From assembly GCA_965645245.1 (NCBI GenBank), contig OZ287071.1, positions 434,001-498,000 of the forward strand: a stretch of 64,000 nt of DNA. The letters are read 5' to 3'. The notes below the pieces were generated by a model, which was not told the origin of the DNA, did no database searches, and was given only the letters and a program-made list of their open reading frames with translations. Positions 50,516 through 61,106 of this stretch are shown here, in pieces; position 1 is the first letter of the stretch, and each line of letters starts with the position of its first letter. The position numbers and the translations under genes were made by a program. This stretch comes from Massalongia carnosa (Eukaryota).

Positions 50516-52553
50516 ATGCATCCATCCAGAGTATCTGATTGCAAGAAGGCTTGTATGGAGGCGATGGAGCGCCTGAAGTGCTCTAGAGCTGAAAGAGAGG
50601 CTGGAAGAGCTCGAAAGGCTGTTACCAAGGTGATTATGGTAATACTTGAAAGAAAATGAGATGTGGCTAACTCTTGGTCTAATTGCTTATATATAAAGAC
50701 ACGGAGCAGACTGGAGGAGACCCGTCTTTGAAGAGGAAGGCAGGTGAGGAAGATATTGGGCAGCGCCCAAAGAAATCGGTGAAGGTAGGTATATGTTCCT
50801 AGTTGGTTGAAATAGTATAGCCCGACTAAATCTTGTAGACTGAAGAGAGGCAGCGGAAAGCCCTAAAGCCGAAGGAGACGCATATTGTTGCCAAGCCAAG
50901 CCTCTCCTTTCAAAGGCATCTAAGCCGAGGGCTAAAGCCCAGTTTCTCGAATGTATGTAATCACCATATTTCCGAAAGTCGAGATCTCCACAAGAATACA
51001 GATTGACAGACTCCCATAGAAGGTCCATGACGCTGTTGTTGTGCTTGCAAGCCCTCCAACTTCTAAAAAGCGAAAGGCTGAGGTAGGTGTTGACGAGCAT
51101 GCAATGAAGAAGCTGAGACTCCTTGTCAAGCTTGCTATAAAGCCAAAGACAAGAGTCATTGAGCTCGAGAAATGCAGCCTGCCAGTAGAATTCCAGCCAA
51201 GCCAAAATTACTAGCATCCAAGCAGCCAATACCTTGCCTGCCAGAGCAAGTGGATAGGGCTCCAGCTTTGGATCATTTGAAAGCCAACACAAAAGCAGAC
51301 GACCGGCCAAATCCACGTCCCCGAGGTCTGCACAATTTTCATCGGGGTTGTTTCGCTAATGCTGTTGTTCAATGCTTAGCGGAAATTCTAGATCTAGCAG
51401 GCCGGCTCCGTACGAAGAGCGCCGGAATCTTACAGAACACCGAACTGCGCAGCACTACCGAAGCCAACCTCCTGAAGATGGCAGGCAGAAAAAGAGTTGC
51501 AGAGGCTAAGAGGCAGCTAATCGAAGCTGCCTTTGAAGATTTGAAGGAAAAGGTGTAACTCCAGCGCCAGCCTCACCACTGTCATGGTTTACTAAAACTT
51601 TCTTAGTTCCATAGAGGCGTACCTTGGTGAGCTTCTAGGGCGCATGAGCCCCACCAAATCGAAAGAACCGGCTGTTTCTCCATTTCTGTTCCTACAGGCG
51701 TTCGGTGCCCTCGAAAAAGATGAGAATGGAGACTCATTCAACGGAGAAACATCAGAGTATGCATGGGACTTCCTGATGCGTTTACTCTACCACCTTCAAT
51801 CCGAAGAGTCGAAAGAGTAAGGACGCGACCCGGCAAAGAAGACGGCGGTAGAAGAACTTCTTGAAGGGAAGTTGTTATCAAAAGTAAGCGGTACAATTGG
51901 AACATTGGACGGCGTCTTGAAAACTGGCTGATCTCAAGTACGAATGCCCAAGATGCGGGCACAAGCATGAGACACCTAGCGCCTTGCGGTCTCTTGATCC
52001 CGATCTCCAATGAAGCGCTACGACGGCTTCTTTCCAACAGCTTGTTAGTGACTACGAGAAAGAGGTCGAGCTGATTGACTACCGATGCGAATGCTGCGGA
52101 GAAGTGACTAACGTCATTAAGGTCACCAAGTTCCAAGAAGCACCTAGAAACTTGATTATCAAGCTGACTAGGACTGACCACTTGGGCAAGATTAGGACGT
52201 TGGTCGACTTTCCGGTCGGAGACGTGGGAGTTGAGACGTGGAGTGGCAAGGCCAAGTAGAAGGTCTGCGGCTTCGTGGAACATACAGGCAAAGCGTAAGT
52301 TTTCAACTCGCCATTTTAGAATTTCCATCTTTGAAATGAAGTTCCAAACTTTAGATATCATGACGGGCATTATATCGTATGTGCGCTTTTTGCTGTTAAC
52401 CCCCATTCCCGCCGATGGCACTATCTTAACGACCACAAAGTTGAGAGAATCAATCGAGAAGACCTGCCAGACCATCGATATGGGTCCCTCTTTTTCTTAC
52501 AAGAAGAGATTGAAGATTGGAAAGTAAGAGAACGTACCTTGGGGCTTTCTTGA
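50516..52553 (+). pseudogene. Ubiquitin-specific protease (peptidase C19)-like pseudogene
   Basis: Cys box GLHNFHRGCFANAVVQCL, zinc ribbon CPRC/CECC, His box EHTG..DGHYI and WHYLND. In-frame TAA 51818-51820 and TAG 52257-52259, plus a frameshift near 52000-52030. Confidence 0.75.
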
Positions 52554-52852
52554 AGGAATGGGGTTTGGAGGATTTCCTATAATACTTTACTGATTCCATT
52601 ATTGACGGAGAGCTCATGTTTATATCAGTATTTTCTTTTGGGGGGGGTTTCATAGTTGTATAGCCCTTGCATAGCACGGAGGTTCGAGGGGTTTCTTTCG
52701 TTGTTGAGGGCCGGTCACGGATCGGTATTATTTTGAAGATTCCCTCGGCCACCCTTCATCACGTGATATCGTGTTTTTCATCTGTTTTGTCGTCGCGTAT
52801 CTTTCTTCCATTTAACATATCGATCCACGTAGCACAACTGGCCATAATCTGG

Positions 52853-55800
52853 ATGATGGATTGCATTCTGGACGGGTTGAATGCCGCTCAGAACGCTGCC
52901 GTGACTTCTCCATCTGCCGTTCTTCAAATACTCGCCCCACCAGGCTCTGGCAAGACAAAAACTCTCACATCACGAGTAGCCTACCTTTTAGCACACCATG
53001 GCTACAAACCCTGGAATATCCTTTGCTTAACATTTACAATCAAGAGTGCGCGGGAAATGAAACAGAGGATTGCAAAACTCGTCGGCAATGGCTTGGAATC
53101 ACGGTTGATCTTGGGAACGTTTCACTCCATCTGCCGACGCTATCTGGTTTCCTACGGTCATCTGATTGGTCTTGGTAAAGGCTTCGGCATTGCAGACGCT
53201 GCTGACAGCAAAAGCATCATCAAAAGGATTGTCGAACGACTGCATCTAAATATTGACTATAAGAAGGCACAGGCACGGATCTCCAGCTCCAAATCCCGAG
53301 GCATTGGACTATTTGATGTGAGACAACAGGGACTAAAATCCAGAAATGTGGACCAGCAGGAGTTTGCCATCGTTTTCGACGCGTATGAAGCTCAACTCGA
53401 AGCATCGAATCTTCTCGACTACGACGACCTTCTTTTGAAGTGTGTTGACTTACTTCGGCAGCATCCGCAATGCGTAACTAATGTGGAAGTTGTGTTGATT
53501 GACGAGTTTCAAGATACTAACATTGTTCAATTCGATCTTATGAGGCTATTTGCAGCGTCTCATAAACGAATTACCACTGTTGGAGACCCCGATCAAAGTA
53601 TATATGGATGGCGATCCGCGGAAATCAAGAACCTCGAGCGAATGCAAACTCAATATCCGGACACGTTAGTGATACACCTGGAAGATAACTACCGGTCATC
53701 GGCCGCCATCCTGTTAGCAGCAAGTGAGGTAATTGAACAAGACGCGGCTCGGCCTTCTCGACCAATACTGCCAACTCACTGTCCAGGCACTGTGCCTGTA
53801 CTCCGTAAATTACCAACAGCGGAAATCGAGGCAAAATGGATCGGCATGGAAATTGCTAGGTGCGTAGGGATGACAGGTCATCTTCTCAAACATGCGGATT
53901 TTGCCATCCTCCTTCGCTCTGCCCAACTCTCGCGGCACATAGAATTCGCCATGGGCAAGGCCGGCATACCCTATCGCATGGTTGGTGGTAAAAAATTCTT
54001 TGAACGAGCTGAGATCAAGATTCTACTGGATTACCTACAGGTATTGAGTCAGCCAAACAATAATGACGCCCTCAGCCGAATTATCAACGTGCCCACCCGA
54101 CACATCGGCGTCATGACCGTTAAAGCATTGCTAGAAGAAGCTGAGGGGAGGCAGTCTTCGCTCTGGGACCTTGTACGTCAAACAGTACAAGGGCGGAGAC
54201 CAAGATCCAGAGTATCAAAACCAGCAGAGCATGCCATGAGTCTTTTCGTGAACATCATCCTCACTTCTAGGAACAGGATTGTGGATCTTAAGACCCCTTA
54301 TTTTCCTGGGGATGTTCTTAAGTTTATTATAAAGAAGGTTGAATACCGCAGATTTCTTGAAAGAACATACGAGAAAGATCATGAAACTCGGTGGGAGAAC
54401 GTGGAAGAGCTACTAGCACAAGCATCTGAATATAATCCATCCTCTACCGAGCATGCCACAGGGGTTGAAGCTGACGACGCCCTTCCACAAATTGAAGGCG
54501 TTGAACAGGGGAAGCGCAACATCGGAGAAGAAGCTTTATCAAAGTTTCTAGCTAACATAGCGCTTGCCACGGAACTTCAACGAGACGGGACGAGCGCCAA
54601 TGGGGAAACTATGCAGCAGTCCCAGGTTACCATCTCCACCATTCACGCAGCGAAGGGACTAGAATGGCCTGTGGTATTCATACCATCAGCATATGAAGGA
54701 TCAATCCCACACTCGAGAGCCGAAGACACGGACGAGGAGCGGAGGCTACTTTATGTGGCAATGACACGAGCGCAGGCTCTATTGTATATTAGCTTTCCGC
54801 TCAGGAATTCCCAGAGAGGTGAGATGCTCTAACTTGGTCAGCAGTGGGATCCAGATAGTTCTAACTTCCGGCAGAGGAAACCACTATATCGTCGTTTTTG
54901 TTTTCCGAGAAAGTGGCATATCACTTTGTTTCACAAGGCCCAGAGTTGGCTCCAGGGACCGTGCAAGATATAGCACAGATTCTGCGGCGTGATTGTCCAT
55001 CTGAGTTTGACCTGTTGGATGGCTCCAGAATGATAGAGAACCATAGCGACGCCCTGTGGCCCTTGAACGGCGAACAGGATCCACAGATAGTGGAGACCAG
55101 ATGGGACCTAGGGAATGAAAATGCCATACCATCTTACAAGCGTCGCAAAGTAGAAAGTAAAGAATTGCGTGAGCAGCTACCAGATAGGTATGGTGACAAA
55201 ATTTCGGCCCGCTCAAGCAAAGTGTCCTTTCCCAGCACAACTACCATGCAAAACAGCTCATCATTTTCCTGTCAAAGAGGTTATGGCTTCACCTCCGCAG
55301 CAACAAAGCTACCAGATGTCCTAGATACTCAGATAAGACATCCATTCATGAAAAGGACGGCACCACGTTCAGTTTTTGGGAGCGAAAACCAATACGGAGA
55401 GCTTCAGGCCAACATAACAGAATCTCCCAAAACAAGTGAAGGCCAAGGTAATTTATTGAATTTTTGGGCTGCAAAGGATAATACTGATCAGCTCCCTAAT
55501 ATGTCTATTGCTTCGCCCGAAGTGTTATCAGCTTTGGTAGGAAAAGCCGAAAACCAAGAAGCATCAGGGCAGTTTGACCGCAGAGCAAAAATTACGATAG
55601 CAACCGCAGCATCTGGCAACTTTAAAGCACAAAAGCCAAAACTTCCATTAGCTATCATACCTCCAGGTCTTGCGGATCACAAGTTGCGTTTTGTTGGGAA
55701 AACCGGCCGGTCATGTCTCACGGGGACAGAGTGTGACCCAGCTACAAGGCAATACGCCTTCCTTTCAAGTTCACCACCGCCTTACCAGGATCTGCACCCA

Positions 55801-56049
55801 GAGGACAAGGAGAGCTGCGAGCAAGTTTCCGCCATTCACCATGGAAGTGATGAGAAGATCCGCAACATGGTGATCGAGGGGGTTAGTGCCTATCGTCCCA
55901 CCACGACGTTGCACAGCACCAGTCTTGCAGAGCTACGCGCAACCTCTGATCTTCCCAGGAAGACGCTTGGGGTTCGTAGAAGCATGGCAGGATGGTCCTC
56001 TCGAAAGAGCGGTTTTTCAGTCCCAAGTCGGGTTACGAACATGCGTTGA
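52853..56049 (+). CDS. SRS2: UvrD/Rep family ATP-dependent DNA helicase (Srs2-like), 2 exons
   Basis: APPGSGKT, IDEFQD, VGDPDQSIYGWR, NYRS, STIHAAKGLEW and EERRLLYVAMTRA motifs; long disordered C-terminus. Confidence 0.92.
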
Positions 56050-57992
56050 AGACAGCTTTGCTAAGAAACTTGAACCGCTGTGACTGAGATGAGAGATGGC
56101 GCAGACAGCTACGAATAGAGACACTTGGCATGGTGCTGATTGGCAAACACAAGGCTGTGCCAATCAAAGTGGCTATTCTTGCTGAAATGATGATAAGGAA
56201 TGACGAAGATATGACTTCGAAGCAAAACCACAGTGATGAAACAGACTTAGACCTAGAGTACGAAGCAGCGATGCCGTCAAGCAATTGGGTTCCAGGGGGC
56301 GGGTATCGGATGCAGGACCCGATGCGGCGGCGGTATACCGCAAGGGTTAGTGCAGCGCATGGGAAAAAAGAACAAACCACGCCTCTCATGGTGGCGATCT
56401 TGCGATGAAGATGATGCAATGAATGACGAATGGGCGCGGCCTCTGAAACTAAGGAGTATTGGAGAAGGAACCTTCCCCATTTCTGTGGCGGGCCTGATGG
56501 CATCTCATTTCTTTCTTTTAGACGCTAGTTTCTGATCATATCTGGTTGGGTTACGGCACATGGAACACTCTTTGCTTTGGCAGCGCCGACGGCGGGGGAA
56601 GTCGAATCGGCGGGTTCGTTCGAGCGCATTGGTTTGGGTGTTCTAATGGGATTTGTCCCTGTCGGCGAAGCGCGGACGGGCTGTGAATTCATTTGTGCAT
56701 TGACTGGGAACTCTGTTGTGACCGCCGTATGAACGCCGGCATCTCGGTGCAGCGTTCTTGAACGTGGCCAGGGGGTTTGGCACTGTGTCGTGCGCGGAAG
56801 CGTTCCCTACCTAGATCTAAGATCAATCGACCAATCGAAGGCTTCTGCGGTAATTGAGTCATTCGTATTCTGAGGTGGACAAGCTCAAACACGAATCGAG
56901 ATGGATCACAGGCAACTCACATTCGCATCGTCGGTTCTACTCCACCTTCACCGTCATCTAGTTACTTGTCCTCATTGCTGGGCGAATCGGCTGACTTGGT
57001 ATTTCTTGGCGTTCCTCCCTCTTCAGGCATGTTGAACAAAAACCAACTAGGCATACGGCAGCGGGATGCAGGAGAACAGGGTCTAGGGCTATCAAGGATA
57101 GGCAAAGAGAAGTGCTTGGCAAACGTGATGCAGGTACTCCGTATTTCCAGTGAAGATACTTCAAATTTAGCTATCTGCTGAACTGAATTCTGAACGACTG
57201 AATAGCTAAATTACATGAGAAATCACCGCCTCTTATACTGCTTGAAGGCCTTCATCTCGACCCATGTCAAATGCATGAACCTACTTTTTTGAATCTTTTC
57301 AGCTGAGCAAAATACATCTTATTGTCGATCGAAGACATCGAGACACTCAGTGATCATGTACAACTGAATTGTCTTCGAAATGTAGCATTTTTGCTTCATA
57401 TCTTTGCCTTCTCGTAATTGTTGAAGTCGTGCTGATATTTGAAGCTTTTCGCATATAACATATGATTGCCTAATCTGGAAAATTAGTAAGCAGAAGACGT
57501 GCGTGGAGAAAAGCCATGGACCCGAAAAGCGTTCTGAAGGTAGAAAGCAGATGATACCAGGCCAAAAGGCCTGGTTTTACCAGCACTAGTCTAAGCTAAC
57601 TAACTAAAATAGGAAGGTGCCAGCCTTGGAAGGTGCAGACCATCTGATCTTACACAGTATGTCACTGTGATGCTGGTTAACTAGCGTCATTTGTCCAACA
57701 AGCAGCTTTGAGAGCTATTTTAACAGAGCCAATGAGAGGGACTTTGCTTCCCTATCACGTGCCGGTCTCTCTAGACGCCATACTACCACTCGTGGCTCTA
57801 AGAGCCGGCTAAGCCCCTCCGGGTTAGCGGACCTTTAGCTGACTACGCATGCTATGGGCGGCACGTCTGAGCGCAAAACCCTGATGCGTTCTCATACAAA
57901 TTTTTGGCTTAACCTGAAAAACCATCAACAATCAAGTTGCCGACGAAATCGTCGTACAACGACACTTGATAAATTATCTTTTAGTAGAAATA

Positions 57993-58346
57993 TGTCACGG
58001 TGCGATGTCAGATAGGAATTCAGGTGGTGCAAACGTGTTACTTGATTGTCTAGCTAGGTGGACAAGACGTTCGACAAGGAGAAAAGAAACAGAAAATCCA
58101 AAGTGGGCGAGTATAAGACTCTGGCGAACGGAACTAGTCCCAATCCAGCCGTTGATCCAATTTCCCCAAGTCCCTAGCATGAAACTATCGCCATGACACT
58201 ATTGATAGTCGGAACACTTACCTTTGCCATGACTGAACCGGATTAAGCTTAGTTCCTTTCGGATCGGCTAACCAGCTAGTGCTTCGTTCAAGCAGCTAAG
58301 GTTGATTCAATGAACTAACTGGCAGGTGCCCAGTCACTCCATGACA
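57993..58346 (-). mobile_element. Solo LTR (354 bp), family A copy 2, inverted relative to 6119-6489
   Basis: TGTCA...TGACA ends and 5-bp TSD AAATA (57988-57992, 58347-58351); end-to-end similarity to copy 1. Confidence 0.92.
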
Positions 58347-58648
58347 AAATAATGCTTTAATGTACATTCTATCGATTAATCTATACTTTGACTATATATC
58401 GATGCCGAATTGTGTCGCAATATCGACTTCGCAACGAGGACTCGACTTTGACTCAGAATTTCAACACCAACATAATGACTCACTGGCACCAATTTTTCAC
58501 TGTCGGCGCCTTTCATCATTGAACTGATCCTTCGAGCGTTGTTTTCGAAAGCCCAAAAACATTGACTGTGATGAACCTGCTTGATGAGCGTTTTGCGGGC
58601 TAATAATCCAATTCCGAGTCGTCGACTATCGCTTGCAATCAAATCTAA

Positions 58649-59147
58649 ATGAACGATTCTATAGCGTCGATAACTCGCGAGCAGGTGACGGACGTGATTC
58701 TTAACAGATTCGGCTTTTCGTCAAAGAATGAACAAGTTGACGTCATCATGACTTTGACGCATGATCAAAAGGATCTGATATTTCTCGTCAAGACTAGATT
58801 TGAAAAGAGCATTATCTTTCAAACTATGTCATTGATGTTTTCTGTAAGAACCACTATCCAGGGAAGACGAATAGTAGTCAGCTACCTAAGAGACTAAGCA
58901 TGAAGAAGGGAAATCTATCTACAAAGAAGAATGTGAAATGTATATGCCCCGTTTGCCCTTCTTCTCGAAGTTTCCATCCGGCTCTAGAAGCTTATCTCCG
59001 AAGCTTCGGTCGGAAAGAGCCGTTGGATTTAGCGCTCCCACGCCCGAGTCCTGACATTTTCTTTGTCTTAAGACAGCTTTAATTATCATGTTTCTCAAGA
59101 TCTTAGAGGCTCAACAGTGTAAGAAATTAAGCGTGATCGAGGGATAC
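58649..59147 (+). pseudogene. Mutated RecQ-like (SF2) helicase N-terminal fragment
   Basis: RFGFSSKNEQVDVI..KDLIFLVKTRFEKSIIFQ (decayed Walker A, AKTGFGKS type) continues after an LTR insertion as KTALIIMFLKILEAQQC (motif Ia). Confidence 0.72.
58843..59056. mobile_element. Solo LTR (214 bp), family B
   Basis: TGTAAG...CTGACA ends and 5-bp TSD TTTTC (58838-58842, 59057-59061); interrupts the RecQ-like relic. Confidence 0.8.
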
Positions 59148-59480
59148 TGTGACGGTTCTACCAGGATGTGGAATTTTCTATCTACTGGGAAGCTATGCAC
59201 TAGAAAATATCAAAGATGCAGAAAGGAAACAAGCAAAGGATGCCCTCTCTAGGAGTCAATCGCTTGGCCTGATCTAGCTGCTTGTTGTCACGATTCTACT
59301 CGACACGACCTCGGCACTCGGATAAATTCGGCATCGCCTAACTAGGGCAAACCATAGATGGAACGCGCAGGAACTTTCGATTTTGAAAATCACGAGAAGA
59401 TTCCACCGCGACTATACCACATGGGTACTAGCGCAATAATGGATATAGACATCGAAAGATATTCGTGACCAGAAGAGCTC

Positions 59481-60107
59481 ATGAAGAATATGATCCCACC
59501 TGCGTTGTTTCCAAGCCCTCCTCGTCGAGGTGGATGGATGTTTTGGGGATGCTTTTTTGGTACTACGAAAGGACCTTGTTTGTTTTGGGAAAAGGACTGG
59601 GGTAGCATCAATAAAGACTCTTATTGTCAGCGAACTGTTCCCATTGTTCATGGCTGGATGAGAATGAACTCAGAATTGCTTTTCATGCAAGATAATGCCC
59701 CAGGTCATGCAGCTGAATTAACCCTTCAGGAATTTCGCGATAGAGGATTTTCAGTCATCGAACGGCCTCCCTTCTCACCCGACTTGAATCCTATCCAAAC
59801 TGTTTGGCGAATGATGAAGGACTGGATACAAAATGTTTATGGAGACGAGGATAAACTCTCGTATGATGCTCTACGAAAGGCAGTGAGGGAGTTCTGGGAT
59901 GCTATATCTGCAGAACAATTGGGAGGGTTAACTGACTCCATGCATGATCGATGTGTAGCTGTTCGAATGGCAAACGGTATGTACACTAAATATTAATGAG
60001 AATTGATTGGACGAAGCAGATGAAGTCATCAACCCTTTTTGGTATGGTGAAGTGAGTAAAAATCCCTGCACATATCTTACTAACAACTAAATCGCTGGAT
60101 ACCATAG
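59481..60107 (+). mobile_element. 5'-truncated Tc1-type (DD34E) transposon, catalytic E changed to Q
   Basis: WMFWGCF, FMQDNAPGH and SPDLNPIQTVW with 34-residue spacing; ORF ends 59996. Probable right end just before TA at 60108-60109. Confidence 0.85.
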
Positions 60108-60109
60108 TA

Positions 60110-61105
60110 CATGTCCGTCGGTTGCCTGTCCTCGAGTGTTCACCCTCTCCCACCACTTCGCTATATTCCTGTGAAAGCCAGGAACAATTTCTGTGCATCC
60201 GGTGATAATTTCGTCATTTAAAGAGACTGAGCCTTGAATTATATTTCCCCCATGACCATCTTTCAAATATTTGGGTCTATTCATATCAATATGCCGAAAG
60301 AATGTGGCATCACCTGAACGTACGTATTTCGCGTAGTAGGGATAAGATACCAGGCGGGGATTTCGATCCGGACGGAGACATTGCATACAGGGCCCAATAC
60401 TCCAGATCTTGCCGATTAACCTGTTGAGTCAGGGAGAAAAACATTGTCCGTAACCATCCCTTGTTGGGCGCCCCATTTCGCTCGCGTTGGTGATAGATAT
60501 AGAGATCGAACTCTTCGGCAATCAACCCGCCGACCCCAGCTTCATGCACCTCATCGACTGTTATACCATCCCATAGCCAGCGAAACATGTTTTGAACAAG
60601 CAGGTTGCCGTCTTCCGCCCAATGCGCCCATGCCCCCTCACCACCAATCTCGTCGACTGTAGCCTTCGCCCGAGCGTCACTTAACGACTGCATCAAGCTT
60701 TGATTATGGGGCGCTGCGCATAGACGCCATGATCGTCATCTTCGGTTCATGGACGAGATTTCAATCGAAATCAAGCGCGAAACCTCGGACTGGACTTAAA
60801 TGCATCTAGATCAGCAGGGTGCCGCCAACACGCCCCTAGCCTATCCCGTAAACCCTGCGTCTTTAAACTCTTAATCTACAGGCCGAAATGACCTACTAAC
60901 GAGTATAGATGTTCGTGGCACATGTGTCTTAAGGTCGCCCCTCTTCGATTAGCTTCTATCATTATTCTCAATGTATCGAGACACTGCGAGTCTTTCTTCA
61001 TGCCTGCTGTCATCGGATTCTTTCGTTTAATTCGTTCCAGAATGGCGCTAGAAATCTCGCGGCATTTGCACATTCTCTTCGCCGCGGCCGTCCCCTGAAG
61101 TCTTC
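60110..61105 (-). pseudogene. PhyH-like 2OG-Fe(II) dioxygenase pseudogene
   Basis: FFRHIDMN (HxD), IQGSVSLNDE and GCTEIVPGFH; upstream Cys/His-containing part (CKC...MCHEHL). Several stops and frameshifts; truncated by transposons on both sides. Confidence 0.65.
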
Positions 61106-61106
61106 A

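Noticed and set aside
34778..57143. TACTCCGTA motif seen three times (34778, 48778, 57135)
   Set aside because: Too few copies to argue for enrichment from this window alone.
56130..57500. Short ORFs downstream of SRS2
   Set aside because: No motifs recognised; likely non-coding or decayed element sequence.
59148..59400. Further LTR-like starts (TGTGACGG at 59148, TGTCACG at 59286)
   Set aside because: No matching ends or TSDs found, so boundaries cannot be supported.
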